Source: an uncultured Clostridia bacterium (GTDB lineage: Bacteria > Bacillota > Clostridia > Christensenellales > UBA1242). From it: DNA of 64,000 nt. Each line of letters begins with the position of its first letter. Position 1 is the stretch's first letter. Below the pieces are notes generated by a model that worked only from the letters and a program-made list of their open reading frames with translations, ran no database searches and was not told where the DNA came from. The position numbers and the translations under genes are program-made. The stretch is from assembly GCA_934746515.1 (NCBI GenBank), contig CAKVFH010000002.1, positions 65,576 through 129,575 of the forward strand. Reading direction: 5' to 3'. This document shows, one piece after another, positions 25,412 to 36,585 of the stretch.

Positions 25412-25666
25412 TTATTTTTTGTTTGTATCAATAAATTCAACAACATCTTTGATTGTTTTGATTTGTGGGATTGCTTCGTCTGGGATTGAAATTCCAAATT
25501 CATCTTCCAAAGACATCAAAATTTCAACCAAATCAAGAGAATCAGCACCCAAATCTTCAGCAATATTTGATTCTGCTTTAACTTCTTCAGGTTTAACTGA
25601 AAGTTGTTTAGCGATGATATCTCTTACTTTTTCAAATGTTGCGTTTAACTTTGTATTTTCTGCCAT
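25412..25666 (-). CDS. acpP: Acyl carrier protein
   Basis: [21 protein letters not shown]. The true start is ATG 25666, preceded by GGAGGGT. The track ORF is over-extended at its 5' end. Confidence 0.9.
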   Translation of the reverse strand: MAENTKLNATFEKVRDIIAKQLSVKPEEVKAESNIAEDLGADSLDLVEILMSLEDEFGISIPDEAIPQIKTIKDVVEFIDTNKK

Positions 25667-25754
25667 AATTACCCTCCAAATTATTACGCATATTATAAAC
25701 CAATTTGCACATATTTGCAACTTATTTATGCATCTTTATCAAAGTGTTAACAAT

Positions 25755-27083
25755 CTAGTCAGAAACTGTAACGATTGAACTTGCACTCACTGTAATAAAC
25801 TTTTCACTAACTTCATTTCCGTCAGTTAAATAAATTTTTATATCGCTGCCTTCTTTGATAATAAATGAATAATCGTCAAAAATGTATTGATTGTACATCT
25901 TAACACGAATTGGAGTGTCGGAACCAATTGTGTAAAATTCAATAGACTCAACCATGTCTCCACTGCGAAGTTTTCCGTAAGAAACTGAACCTGGAGTTAC
26001 GCTTTTAACAATAACAGAATAATTGTCGATTGGCCTGTATTGTCCGTCATAGTCAACATATTCAATTGTTTTGCCGTAAGACTCATAATTTTCAAAAGTA
26101 ACGCCCAAATTTACCTTTGTTGGCTTTCTTTGAGTTAAAATTAGTTTCTCAACAACACCGCAAACAATTGAACTTGGAATAGCATAGCTTGTTCCAACAA
26201 CTGTGAAGGTTTCACCACCAGATGTTGCTGTGTGTCGTTTTGCGTTCACAAGTCCAATAAATTTTCCGCTTGAATTAAATAACCCACCGCCTGAGTTTCC
26301 TGGATTGATTTCAGCGGAAGTTTGAAGCGTTCTTGTAAGGTAGGCATTTGAAGCAATTCTAACTTGTGCATTGATTTGAGAAATCAGACCTTCAGTTATT
26401 GAAAGACCTGATGAAAGCGAATTGCCGATTGCAAAAACTTTTTCACCAAATGATGCATAAACACTATCAAAAACCGAAACAGCAGTGCATCCGCCCAAAA
26501 CGCCTTCAAGGTCGTTTGTTTCATATTTTAAAACTGCAATGTCATAATGTGATGAGTATGCCACTGTTGTAACAGAAATTGGTTTTAATGTTGATGGCAA
26601 AAGCACCCATGCATTATCTTCGTGACCGCTGATAACATGGTAGCAAGTTGCAAAATAAATTGTGCCTTTGTTTGAGTCGGTTGAATTTTTAACAACCTTA
26701 TAAATCACACCAGAACCACGACTCAATGCTGATGTGTAAAAACTTGATTCAGTGCTGCAATTTCCACCGGCTGCCACACAAACAGAACTCATCAGCGCGG
26801 AGTTTTTCACTGCAGATGAAACTTCTGAACTCGCCCCCATTTCAATAACATAATTATTGATTGTTCTGGTTTTTGTGTTTTTTATTGTATAAATGCAAAC
26901 CGCACTTAAAATTAAATTTAAAACGACTATAAAGGAAATGATGATCATTGGGAATTTACCCATTCCAAAACCGCCACGACTTGAACCGCCATAGCTTCTT
27001 TGAGTTCTTTCATTTCGAGTTATCGGAATGTCATCGTAAGGTATCTTTGCCCTTGAATCACCGAAGTCATCAAAGTAACTCAT
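25755..27083 (-). CDS. Membrane-anchored trypsin-like serine protease (HtrA/DegP-like, S1C) with a PDZ-like C-terminus
   Basis: Catalytic triad contexts ATCYHVI, YDIAVLKY and NPGNSGGGLFNSSGKFIGLVNA. One N-terminal TM helix. Confidence 0.8.
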   Translation of the reverse strand: MSYFDDFGDSRAKIPYDDIPITRNERTQRSYGGSSRGGFGMGKFPMIIISFIVVLNLILSAVCIYTIKNTKTRTINNYVIEMGASSEVSSAVKNSALMSSVCVAAGGNCSTESSFYTSALSRGSGVIYKVVKNSTDSNKGTIYFATCYHVISGHEDNAWVLLPSTLKPISVTTVAYSSHYDIAVLKYETNDLEGVLGGCTAVSVFDSVYASFGEKVFAIGNSLSSGLSITEGLISQINAQVRIASNAYLTRTLQTSAEINPGNSGGGLFNSSGKFIGLVNAKRHTATSGGETFTVVGTSYAIPSSIVCGVVEKLILTQRKPTKVNLGVTFENYESYGKTIEYVDYDGQYRPIDNYSVIVKSVTPGSVSYGKLRSGDMVESIEFYTIGSDTPIRVKMYNQYIFDDYSFIIKEGSDIKIYLTDGNEVSEKFITVSASSIVTVSD

Positions 27084-27110
27084 ACTTTCCCCCTTATACT
27101 CTTCCTAATA

Positions 27111-28544
27111 CTATTTTACATCATTTTTTCTTGCTTTTACAAGAGAAATCGACAAATAAATGACAATTCCTATACAAAAACATGCAAAAGTTATCCAAAC
27201 TATCAACAAAAACACATCAAATTGCTTTTTTGTCGATGAAATATCAATCGTTGCCGTTGCAGAAAAAGTCTGTTGCTTTGAGTTATGCGAACTGGTTGCA
27301 TTTGCACTGATTTCCAAAGTGGTTGTTCCCTTTTCCTTTCCAGCCACACAAACAAAAAGCACGCCATTTTCTATATAGTATGAGTCAATTTCTGCTTTAT
27401 TATTTGAAAGCGAAATATTATAACCTTCATCCAAAACCAAACCATTCGAGAGTTTAAAAGAAATTGTGATTTTTTCATTATCTTTAATCTTATAGCTTGA
27501 GCCCATAGGAAAACTTCCGAGCGATAGTTCATCGCAAAACAGACTAATGTCTTCGTTTAAAATCAGCTTGTTTGAAAGTGTGCTGCTTTCGTAAAGCTGA
27601 ATTCCCAAATAAAAATAACCTGTTTCACGAAAATAAATTGTGTCGCCAAACTCAAGTTTTGTCGTTACTGACTCTGGGTTTTTTAATGAAAGAGTCCAAA
27701 AGTATTTTCCTGATGAAGCGTATGTTGAAAGGTCATATTTGCCTATATAAAGATATTTAAAAATCTTTGTTGGCGAAACGAGCTTGAAACTATCTCCGAT
27801 ATAAAATGTCTCGCCATAAACAAAATCATCTGCAAATTCATAAAAACTTTTGCTCAATCCATAGATTTTTCCACTATTTTGTTCCTGATTTGCGTTTTTT
27901 GATGCAAAAACATGATAAAACGAAAAACGCTCATTGGTTTTTACATCATATTTTTCATAACCTTCTTCGCCTTCGAAATCTTCCATTTCAGACAAATAAC
28001 TAATTGTCATCAAGTTGTATGTTTGATTGCTAATTTCTTGTCTATTTTCAAAATCACTCAAATTAAGTTGTAAAAATTTCCAACCCACACCCATATCATA
28101 AACCGCTTGAGAATCAAACTGCCAAGTAAGCGTGCTTGAAAGCCCATCGGTTATTGAAATTTTAAGTTTAAAGGTCAGCGCATCAATCAAATAAACCCAC
28201 ATATAAATTGCGTCTGACTTTTCAGCATTATATCCGTTTATTCTAAATGATTTGCTTTTGAATTGCCCACAATCATCAGCTGTTGGTGTCACGCACGCGC
28301 CATCCATTTTTTGTTTTGTGTCAGGATTAAACGGCGTGCAACCATTTTCAACAGAGCCATCAGTGATGCCTGTTGGATTGACAGAAATCAAATCTATTGA
28401 ATCGTCTTTAAAATAAATGTCTTCCATTGTCAAAGAAAAGGTTTGATCGCTTACTTTACTATTTTTTACACACGAAAAGATTGGCACAACAAGTGTCAAG
28501 CTCAAAAAAAACGCACAAAGAATCAAACTTAATCTTTTTTTCAT
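27111..28544 (-). CDS. Secreted or surface protein with a signal peptide (possible lipoprotein) and a C-terminal TM anchor
   Basis: N-terminus MKKRLSLILCAFFLSLTLVVPIFSC. C-terminus VFLLIVWITFACFCIGIVIYLSISLVKARKNDVK. No recognised domain. Confidence 0.6.
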   Translation of the reverse strand: MKKRLSLILCAFFLSLTLVVPIFSCVKNSKVSDQTFSLTMEDIYFKDDSIDLISVNPTGITDGSVENGCTPFNPDTKQKMDGACVTPTADDCGQFKSKSFRINGYNAEKSDAIYMWVYLIDALTFKLKISITDGLSSTLTWQFDSQAVYDMGVGWKFLQLNLSDFENRQEISNQTYNLMTISYLSEMEDFEGEEGYEKYDVKTNERFSFYHVFASKNANQEQNSGKIYGLSKSFYEFADDFVYGETFYIGDSFKLVSPTKIFKYLYIGKYDLSTYASSGKYFWTLSLKNPESVTTKLEFGDTIYFRETGYFYLGIQLYESSTLSNKLILNEDISLFCDELSLGSFPMGSSYKIKDNEKITISFKLSNGLVLDEGYNISLSNNKAEIDSYYIENGVLFVCVAGKEKGTTTLEISANATSSHNSKQQTFSATATIDISSTKKQFDVFLLIVWITFACFCIGIVIYLSISLVKARKNDVK

Positions 28545-29218
28545 TTAATATCTTCAATTCTCCAATCAATTTCTTCCCTGCCATGTTCTTTCAAAAACTC
28601 ATTTGCAAGTTTGAAATGGTTGTTACCAAAAAATCCAGCATAAGCAGAAAGTGGACTTGGATGCACCGACTTTAAAACCAAATGTTTGCTTTTATCAATA
28701 AGTTTTTCTTTTGAAATCGCATTATTTCCCCACAAAATAAACACAACAGGTTTGTCTTGTTTGCTGACTTCTTCAATAACTCTGTCAGTGAACTTTTGCC
28801 AGCCAAATTTAGAGTGCGAATTTGCAAGATGTGCACGCACCGTTAAAGTTGCATTCAACAGCAAAACACCTTGTTTTGCCCATTTCATCAAATAACCATG
28901 ATTTGGTGCAGGATAGCCATATTCGTTTTCAATTTCTTTATAAATATTTTTAAGTGATGGTGGAATATCCACACCAGGCAAAACCGAAAAACTCATGCCA
29001 TGCGCCTGACCTTCTTCATGGTAAGGGTCTTGCCCCAAAATCACAACCTTAACATCAGAAAGTGGACAATTTGTGAGCGCAGAAAAAATCTTGCCGCGCG
29101 CAGGATACACTTTATATTTTGCGTATTCTTCATCAACTTTAGTCAAAAGCTGTTTAAAGTAATCTTTTTCAAATTCATCAGCTAAAGCATCATCCCAATC
29201 ATTATTAAAAAATTTCAT
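28541..29218 (-). CDS. ung: Uracil-DNA glycosylase
   Basis: Motifs ILGQDPYH and HPSPLSA. Confidence 0.95.
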   Translation of the reverse strand: MKFFNNDWDDALADEFEKDYFKQLLTKVDEEYAKYKVYPARGKIFSALTNCPLSDVKVVILGQDPYHEEGQAHGMSFSVLPGVDIPPSLKNIYKEIENEYGYPAPNHGYLMKWAKQGVLLLNATLTVRAHLANSHSKFGWQKFTDRVIEEVSKQDKPVVFILWGNNAISKEKLIDKSKHLVLKSVHPSPLSAYAGFFGNNHFKLANEFLKEHGREEIDWRIEDIK

Positions 29219-29293
29219 TAGTTTTTTTCCTTATAGTATCATTTTAACAAAATTATAAATTTTTCGCAATAAAAAAGGGCTTACGCCCTAGTT

Positions 29294-29815
29294 TTATCTA
29301 TCAAAAGTTCCATATTCTTTTCTACAAAAATCAAATAGAAAATCTACAAATATTTTTCTGTAACCAATAAACTTGCCTTCATCAATCAATTTCTTGATTT
29401 CTTCTTTTGTTGCCCATTTCACAGCCTGCACTTCTTCTTTTTGAAAAACAATATCTTTTGCGTCAATGTCGCAATGAGTAACATAATAGTCATCAAAGCC
29501 ACAGCCAAAATTGATTGTTAAGCTTGGTTGTTTGTGAGAAAAATCAACTTTGAGACCGAGTTCTTCAGAGAGTTCGCGCTCTGCACCTTCATTTGATGTT
29601 TCACCAGCTCTAACGCAACCACCAACAGAAAAATCCCATTTATTAGCGTGGCTAGATTTTTGACTCGCTCTCTGCTGAATCAACATTTCTTCCTTGCTAT
29701 TAAACACAACAATATGAACCACACAGCGATACCTGTTTTCAGGAATCTCACAACCTCTATCAATTGTTTCACCTGTTTTAATTCTGTTAATGTCATATAA
29801 ATCAAATTTTTCCAT
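29294..29815 (-). CDS. Nudix hydrolase
   Basis: Nudix box GGCVRAGETSNEGAERELSEELGL. Confidence 0.85.
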   Translation of the reverse strand: MEKFDLYDINRIKTGETIDRGCEIPENRYRCVVHIVVFNSKEEMLIQQRASQKSSHANKWDFSVGGCVRAGETSNEGAERELSEELGLKVDFSHKQPSLTINFGCGFDDYYVTHCDIDAKDIVFQKEEVQAVKWATKEEIKKLIDEGKFIGYRKIFVDFLFDFCRKEYGTFDR

Positions 29816-29931
29816 TATACTCTCCTTGATTTTATTTTTATCAGCAATGTTTTTTTTGTTGAAATTTTAACAAATTTTCTAAAATTTTTGCAAACAAAAA
29901 CAAGATACAAAATAGTATCTTGCCTTTGATT

Positions 29932-30342
29932 TTATCTCTTGCTGAATTGTGGAGCTTTACGAGCTTTCTTCAAACCGTATTTCTTTCTTTCCTTCATTCT
30001 TGGGTCACGAGTTAAGAGACCAGCTGATTTGATTGTTGATTTGAAAGTTTCGTTTGAAAGAACCAATGCTCTTGCGATTGCATGACGGCAAGCACCAGCT
30101 TGACCTGAAAGACCGCCACCATCAACTGTGATTTCGATGTCATATTTGTCTGCAACTTCAACCAAATTCAAAGCTGTTTTAACTTCGTTTTGCAAAAGTT
30201 CAGATTTGAAATATTCATTAAGTGGTTGTTTGTTTACAAGGATTTCGCCTTTGCCTTCGCAAATTCTTGCTCTAGCAATAGCTTTTTTTCTGCGGCCTGT
30301 TGCCCAGATTTTTTCTACTTTCTTTGTTGTTTTCTTTGCCAT
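29932..30342 (-). CDS. rpsI: 30S ribosomal protein S9
   Basis: ...GGGLSGQAGACRHAIARAL...KKARKAPQFSKR. Confidence 0.95.
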   Translation of the reverse strand: MAKKTTKKVEKIWATGRRKKAIARARICEGKGEILVNKQPLNEYFKSELLQNEVKTALNLVEVADKYDIEITVDGGGLSGQAGACRHAIARALVLSNETFKSTIKSAGLLTRDPRMKERKKYGLKKARKAPQFSKR

Positions 30343-30347
30343 AATTA

Positions 30348-30788
30348 TTACCTTCTACCTTCAAGATTTAATACTTCTGGTTTTTGAGCTGTTTGTTCAT
30401 GTTTGTCATCTTTATAAACTCTCAAGTTTGTGAGCATTTTTCTTCCAAGAGCGTTCTTTGGAAGCATTTTCTTAACTGCTTGATAAACAGCTTTGTCAGA
30501 ATTTTCTGACATTAAGGTTTTATATTGGATTTCTTTAAGACCACCAATATAACCTGTGTGATAACGATAATATTTATCTTCTAATTTGTTTCCTGTCAAA
30601 ACAACTTTGTCTGTGTTGATGATGATAACATGGTCACCACAAAGTTGGTTTGGAGTAAATTCTGGCTTATTTTTACCACGAAGAACAGCGGCAACTTGGC
30701 TAGCCAATCTACCAAGAGGCATATTTGTTGCATCAACAATATACCATTTGCTTGATTTTGCTTCTGCATTTTGCATAAATGTTTTCAT
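30348..30788 (-). CDS. rplM: 50S ribosomal protein L13
   Basis: KWYIVDATNMPLGRLASQVAAVLRGKNKPEFTP. Confidence 0.95.
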   Translation of the reverse strand: MKTFMQNAEAKSSKWYIVDATNMPLGRLASQVAAVLRGKNKPEFTPNQLCGDHVIIINTDKVVLTGNKLEDKYYRYHTGYIGGLKEIQYKTLMSENSDKAVYQAVKKMLPKNALGRKMLTNLRVYKDDKHEQTAQKPEVLNLEGRR

Positions 30789-30945
30789 TTTCTTTACCTT
30801 TTTTAATATATTCTAACAAATTATTGGTGAGCAAAAACTCCCAATCCTATGCTCGTCTATTTTATAACGAATTTGCTATGTTGTCAATAATTTATCCCAA
30901 TTTCTTTGCATAATTTTGATTTTTTTATACAAATTGACTTTATTT

Positions 30946-31689
30946 TTATTGCAAATACTCAACTTTTTTCATGACAAGCGCTTTAGCTGGCATTGTGCGT
31001 CCCGCAAGTGCCCTATTTTTTCCGTTTAAAATCTCTTCAATATCGCTTGGCTTAATTTGACCGTATCCAGCTTTTAAAATCGTGCCAAACATGATTCTAA
31101 CCATGTTATACAAAAAGCCGTTACCCGTCACTTCAAAGGCAAAAAGCCCGTCACCAAGCTCAAGAATTTTTGCATCATAAATGGTTCTAACAAAATCGGT
31201 TTTGCCACTCTTTTGTGACACAAACGAACTATAGTCTTTTGTTCCAATAAAATATTTGCAAGCTTCTTGCATTTTATTTATGTCTGCATAGTCGTTTACT
31301 CTGAACGCAAAGTCATCAAAAAGCGGAAGTGTGAATCTTGAAATGTAAAACCTATACTGATAAGTTTTTCTTTTAACCGAAAATCTTGCATCAAAACTCT
31401 CTGGCACTTTTTCGCAAGAGATAACCGCAACATCATCAGGCAAAAGCCCATTTAAGCTAACCAAGAGTTTCTTTTCATTCACTGTTTGTTCGGTGTCAAA
31501 ATGAGCAACTTGTCCAAAAGCTGAAACGCCTGCATCAGTTCTGCCAGACGCATAAGTTTTCACCTTTTCGTGAAGCAAAAATTCCAAAACTTTTTCAAGC
31601 TCACCTTCAACTGTTCTCTTTTTTGGCTGAACTTGCCAACCACTAAAATTCTTTCCGTTATATTGCACAACGAGTTTTATTCTTTCCAT
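30946..31689 (-). CDS. truA: tRNA pseudouridine(38-40) synthase
   Basis: GRTDAGVSA catalytic-Asp motif. truA-rplM-rpsI synteny. Confidence 0.9.
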   Translation of the reverse strand: MERIKLVVQYNGKNFSGWQVQPKKRTVEGELEKVLEFLLHEKVKTYASGRTDAGVSAFGQVAHFDTEQTVNEKKLLVSLNGLLPDDVAVISCEKVPESFDARFSVKRKTYQYRFYISRFTLPLFDDFAFRVNDYADINKMQEACKYFIGTKDYSSFVSQKSGKTDFVRTIYDAKILELGDGLFAFEVTGNGFLYNMVRIMFGTILKAGYGQIKPSDIEEILNGKNRALAGRTMPAKALVMKKVEYLQ

Positions 31690-31745
31690 AAAAAAATAAT
31701 ATCACAAAATATGTTTATTTTCAATGTATTTAACCAAAATATTAT

Positions 31746-31775
31746 TTGACTTAAAATCAGCAAAAAACATATAAT
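31746..31775 (+). promoter_or_regulatory. Sigma-A-type promoter upstream of PFOR
   Basis: TTGACT (31746-31751), 18-nt spacer, TATAAT (31770-31775). RBS GGAGAA precedes ATG 31830. Confidence 0.5.
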
Positions 31776-31829
31776 GGGATTGTTTAAAAGCGACTAGCTT
31801 TAAAAAACAATTAAAAATGGAGAATAGTC

Positions 31830-34800
31830 ATGGAAAAACAAAAAAACATTACAATTGATGGCAATACTGCAGCGTCAAGCATGGCGTATATGCTGTCAGA
31901 TATGGCGCTAATTTATCCAATCACACCATCATCGCCAATGGCAGAAAACATTGACCAATGGAGCGCCAAAGGCAAAAAAAATATTTTCGGTAACACTGTT
32001 GAAGTAACAGAAATGCAGAGTGAAGCAGGTGCTGCAGGTGCATTGCATGGTGCGCTCACAGCTGGTTCAAAAGCAACAACCTTCACTTCAAGCCAAGGCC
32101 TTTTGTTGATGATTCCAAACATGTATAAAATCGCCGGCGAGCTTTTGCCTTGCGTTATTCATGTTGCAGCAAGAACCGTAGCAACTCACGCACTTTCAAT
32201 TTTCGGTGATCACAGCGATGTTATGGGCGTTAGACAAACTGGTTTTGCAATGGTTGCATCATCTTCGGTTCAAGAAGCTCAAGACATGGCACTTGCAAGC
32301 CACCTTACAACAAACATCACAAGAGTTCCATTTGTGCATTTCTTTGATGGTTTCAGAACATCTCACGAAGTGAACACTATCGCTGCAATTGATGATGAAA
32401 CTGTAAAAAATCTTGCAAATTCTTATGGCAATATTTGGGATAGACCTTGCGAATTCACACCATCAAATCCTATTCAAAAAGGCACAAACCAAGGCGAAGA
32501 TATTTTCTTCCAAAATCGTGAAGCAATCAACAGATTTATTGATTCTGTTCCTGATGCTTTTGACAGAGTTTTGAAAGATATTGAAAACGCAACTGGCAGA
32601 AAATATAGTGCATTTGAATATTATGGCGCAAAAGACGCAACAAGTGTTATCGTTGTTATGGGTTCAGGCGCAGACACAACAATCCAAGCCGTTAAAAAAC
32701 TTGCAGAAAACGGACATAAAGTTGGTGTTATCAAAGTTAGACTATACAGACCATTCTCTGTTAGCCGTTTTGTTAAACTCATTCCACAAACCACATCAGT
32801 TATCACAGTTCTTGATAGAACAAAAGAATGTGGCGCAACCTATGAACCACTTGCCGAAGATGTTATCTCTGCCCTTTCAGATGCCGGCAGAACCGGTATT
32901 CGTGTTCTTGGCGGAAGATATGGTTTGTCTTGCAAAGAGTTTACACACTCACATGTTATTTCTGTTTATGAAAACTCTGTTTCAGCTCGTCCAAAAAATC
33001 ACTTCACTGTTGGTATTGTTGACGATGTAACAAAAACATCTCTTCCTGCAAACAAAATTGATCTTGATTTTACAGACAAAGACATGGTTGAATGCCGTTT
33101 CTATGGTCTTGGAAGCGATGGCACAGTTTCAGCTAACAAAAACAGCATTAAAATTATCAGCGAATATGCTGGCTATTATGGTCAAGGCTATTTTGTTTAC
33201 GACTCTAAAAAATCTGGCGGCCTCACAACAAGCCACTTGAGAATGAGCAAAAAGCCTATCAATATGCCATATCTCACAATTAACCCAGACTTCGTTGCAT
33301 GCCACAACAAAAGCTATGTAAACAAATATGACATGCTTTCTGAAATCAAAACAGGCGGAACATTCCTTCTCAATGCTCCATGGAACGATGCAGAAATGGA
33401 CAATGAACTCCCTGCTTCAATGAAACAATTTATCGCTAAAAAGAAACTTAAGTTCTATGTTATTGACGCAGAAAAAGTTGCTGAAGAAGTTGGCCTAAAC
33501 AGAAGAATCAATGTTGTTATGCAAACTGCATTCTTTGGCCTAGCAGGAATTTTGCCAGTTGACAAAGCAATTGAATATATCAAAGCTGCTGCAGCAAAAA
33601 CTTATGCAAGCAAAGGCGAGAAAGTTATTCAAATGAACATGAACGCCATTGACAAATCACTTGCAAATCTTCGTCAAGTTAAATATCCAGAATCTTGGGC
33701 AAAAGCAACAAGTTCACCAACTGCAAACTTGATTGATGATCCATATTATAAAAACTATATCAAACCAATTGAAATGAAACTTGGCAACGAACTTCCAGTT
33801 TCTGCTTTCGAAGTTACCGGTTCATCACACACCGCAACTTCTGCTTATGAAAAGAGAAACATCGCAACAATGCTTCCAAAATGGATTGCAGAAAACTGTG
33901 CTCAATGCAACCAATGTTCACTTGTTTGCCCACATGCTGTTATCCGCCCATACTTGGTTCCAACCGACAGCGAACTTGCAAAAGAAGTTGGTGCAAAACC
34001 AGCACTTGGAATTCCTGGCTATTCATTCAAAATTCAAATTTCTCCAAAAGATTGCACAGGTTGTGAGAACTGTATTCATGTTTGTCCTGCAGTCAACAAA
34101 GCCCTTGAAATGGTTAAAGCTGAAGAAATTTTAGATAAAGAAGATGCGCTTTACAACAAACTTAAAGATGTTGAAAATCCAAAGACAATCTTCAAAAAAG
34201 AAACCATTAAAGGCAGTCAATTTGAAAAACCTTTGTTCGAATTTTCAGGCGCTTGCGCTGGCTGCGGCGAAACACCATACATCAAGCTTTTAACACAACT
34301 CTATGGTGAAGAAATGATCGTTGCAAATGCAACAGGTTGTTCAAGTATTTATTCAGGCACCGCACCAACCTGCCCTTACACAAAATCTAAAGACGGCTTT
34401 GGTCCAGCTTGGTCAAACAGCTTGTTTGAAGATAACGCAGAGTTCGGTTTGGGCATGAGAAAATCAGTTAAATCAAACCGCAAGCACTTGACAGAAATCA
34501 TCGAAAATGCCGTTAATAACAATGTTTATGACGCAAACTTCACAAACAAACTCAAAGCATGGCTCGCTCAAGATGTAAAAGACAAAGCACTTGCATTGGA
34601 TATTAAAAATGACATCATGAACCTATACAAAACTAACAAATCAAACGAAACAACAAAAGCAATCTATGGCTTGGTTGCATCGCTCTTTGAGACATCTGTT
34701 TGGATTATCGGCGGCGACGGCTGGGCTTATGATATTGGCTACGGCGGTCTCGACCATGTTCTTGCTAGTGGCGAAGATGTAAACATTTTGGTTCTTGATA

Positions 34801-35321
34801 CTGAAGTTTACTCTAACACCGGCGGTCAAGCTTCAAAAGCAACTCCAATGGGTTCAGTTGCAAAATTTGCAGCAGCCGGCAAACAAACTCAAAAGAAAAA
34901 TTTGGGTGCTATGGCAATGCAATATCCAAGCGTTTATGTTGCTCAAGTTGCACTAGGTGCTAACCCACAAGCAACAATCACAGCATTTAAAGAAGCAAAG
35001 GAAAATAAAGGTCCTTCAATCATAATTTGCTACTGCCCTTGCATCAACCATGGAAGCGACATGAGCAACACTCAAGCACAAGAAAAACTTGCTGTTGAAA
35101 CTGGCTACTGGCCAATTTATAGATATAACCCAGTAACCAATAAACTTGTTCTTGATGAAAAACTCCCAACACAAAAACAATATGAAGAGTTCACAAGCAC
35201 ACAGTCAAGATACTTCACACTCGCAAAAACCAGTGCTGAAGAATCAGCAAAACTTATTGGTGGTGCAAAACAACACGCAGCCGAAGTTTTGAAAACTTTG
35301 AGCGAAGAAGCTAATAAATAA
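31830..35321 (+). CDS. nifJ: Pyruvate:ferredoxin (flavodoxin) oxidoreductase
   Basis: 1163 aa. Ferredoxin motifs CAQCNQCSLVCP and CTGCENCIHVCP. TPP motif GGDGWAYDIGYGGLDH. Confidence 0.95.
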   Translation: MEKQKNITIDGNTAASSMAYMLSDMALIYPITPSSPMAENIDQWSAKGKKNIFGNTVEVTEMQSEAGAAGALHGALTAGSKATTFTSSQGLLLMIPNMYKIAGELLPCVIHVAARTVATHALSIFGDHSDVMGVRQTGFAMVASSSVQEAQDMALASHLTTNITRVPFVHFFDGFRTSHEVNTIAAIDDETVKNLANSYGNIWDRPCEFTPSNPIQKGTNQGEDIFFQNREAINRFIDSVPDAFDRVLKDIENATGRKYSAFEYYGAKDATSVIVVMGSGADTTIQAVKKLAENGHKVGVIKVRLYRPFSVSRFVKLIPQTTSVITVLDRTKECGATYEPLAEDVISALSDAGRTGIRVLGGRYGLSCKEFTHSHVISVYENSVSARPKNHFTVGIVDDVTKTSLPANKIDLDFTDKDMVECRFYGLGSDGTVSANKNSIKIISEYAGYYGQGYFVYDSKKSGGLTTSHLRMSKKPINMPYLTINPDFVACHNKSYVNKYDMLSEIKTGGTFLLNAPWNDAEMDNELPASMKQFIAKKKLKFYVIDAEKVAEEVGLNRRINVVMQTAFFGLAGILPVDKAIEYIKAAAAKTYASKGEKVIQMNMNAIDKSLANLRQVKYPESWAKATSSPTANLIDDPYYKNYIKPIEMKLGNELPVSAFEVTGSSHTATSAYEKRNIATMLPKWIAENCAQCNQCSLVCPHAVIRPYLVPTDSELAKEVGAKPALGIPGYSFKIQISPKDCTGCENCIHVCPAVNKALEMVKAEEILDKEDALYNKLKDVENPKTIFKKETIKGSQFEKPLFEFSGACAGCGETPYIKLLTQLYGEEMIVANATGCSSIYSGTAPTCPYTKSKDGFGPAWSNSLFEDNAEFGLGMRKSVKSNRKHLTEIIENAVNNNVYDANFTNKLKAWLAQDVKDKALALDIKNDIMNLYKTNKSNETTKAIYGLVASLFETSVWIIGGDGWAYDIGYGGLDHVLASGEDVNILVLDTEVYSNTGGQASKATPMGSVAKFAAAGKQTQKKNLGAMAMQYPSVYVAQVALGANPQATITAFKEAKENKGPSIIICYCPCINHGSDMSNTQAQEKLAVETGYWPIYRYNPVTNKLVLDEKLPTQKQYEEFTSTQSRYFTLAKTSAEESAKLIGGAKQHAAEVLKTLSEEANK

Positions 35322-35373
35322 AAACAAATTCAAAACAAAATGTATCAATAAAAAATATTGAATATTCAATCAA

Positions 35374-35410
35374 TAAAAAAACTAGGTCTAATTTGACCTA
35401 GTTTTTTTTT
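35374..35410. terminator. Bidirectional terminator between PFOR and the HD-domain gene
   Basis: Stem CTAGGTC/GACCTAG flanked by an A-run and a 9-nt T-run. Confidence 0.8.
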
Positions 35411-35416
35411 ATTTTG

Positions 35417-36505
35417 TTATAATTCACTTTCAATTGTTTTTTGAAATGAATATGGCTTAAATTCAAAATTAAATCCCGTAAATTTTGAACGCTTTAAATT
35501 TTTATATTGCTCTACTTCTTCCTTACAAGAATTATCTATATCAGTTATTCTTGCAACTTTTTCGTCTAATCTAACAAGTGGAACTATATATCTTTTTTTA
35601 CCTTTCACACTTATACAATATTTATCAGTTGCAGGTTTCTCTCCAGCATAAATATTAGTTGCACCAACAAATTGTATAAAGCTTTGTTTTAGATATTCAT
35701 CTTCACAATTTAAAATTAAATTGCAAACATCATCTTCAGACATTTTATACAAATCATCAATACTAATAAAGCCCCTAACATTCATACTTTTCACAATATC
35801 TGCAAAAAATTGCATAACCGTTCTATTCTCATCACTATCATAATGAGCAAAAATTGGAAGAATATTGTGCAAAAATTCTTTACCAATTTCTTTTGTATTA
35901 AACCCCAATTCGTCAATGCCTTCTTCATTTTTCAAAATGGAAATATCATTATAATACTTTGAAATTTCATCTAAATTCCAAGCACCATACGAAAATAATC
36001 CATTTGAAAGAGTATATTCAAATCTATCTGCACTTAATTGTGGGGTCTTGTTGTCAGCAATTGGGTATATGTGATAATCACTTATTTCTTCTACTTTAAT
36101 ATTATCACGATTTAATAAGCTCATTATTTTTTTTGAATTTCTAATTATTTGTTCTGTTCTTTCTTCCGTTGATTCCTGATTTTGGGAATCTCCATTCATA
36201 AAATCAATGCAGTGTTTAAATGATGGAGTTGCTATATCGTGAAAAAGACCTGCAATGGCTTGTTTTTTGTTATGTGTAAAATTCCAAATGATTAAGGCAA
36301 CACCAACACTGTGATCTAATACTGAATTATATGAAAGATAATTATACAATTTTGAATAGTCCGTTCCACAAAGCATACTAATTCCAGATAATCTGCTCAT
36401 TTCTTCTGTATCAATGTAATCGAACAACCATTCAGGAAAAGTTGGTGATAAAATTTCAAAATACTTCTTCCTAAAATCATCTAAATTTTTATAATATTCA
36501 TTCAT
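35417..36505 (-). CDS. HD-domain phosphohydrolase (SAMHD1/dGTPase-like motif pattern)
   Basis: Motifs SRLSGISML...DHSVGVA...GLFHDIATPSFKH...SADRFEY. Confidence 0.6.
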   Translation of the reverse strand: MNEYYKNLDDFRKKYFEILSPTFPEWLFDYIDTEEMSRLSGISMLCGTDYSKLYNYLSYNSVLDHSVGVALIIWNFTHNKKQAIAGLFHDIATPSFKHCIDFMNGDSQNQESTEERTEQIIRNSKKIMSLLNRDNIKVEEISDYHIYPIADNKTPQLSADRFEYTLSNGLFSYGAWNLDEISKYYNDISILKNEEGIDELGFNTKEIGKEFLHNILPIFAHYDSDENRTVMQFFADIVKSMNVRGFISIDDLYKMSEDDVCNLILNCEDEYLKQSFIQFVGATNIYAGEKPATDKYCISVKGKKRYIVPLVRLDEKVARITDIDNSCKEEVEQYKNLKRSKFTGFNFEFKPYSFQKTIESEL

Positions 36506-36585
36506 AAGTTTCTCCAGCTATCAAATAGTGTAATTAGTTTAAATGAAACGAACATCTATGTCATTGCATTTGTATATTATCTCAT

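Noticed and set aside
32581-33030. 149-aa same-strand ORF and others inside PFOR.
   Set aside because: They are out-of-frame overlaps within an intact 1163-aa PFOR gene. The Gln/Leu-rich composition is typical of a frame-shifted reading.
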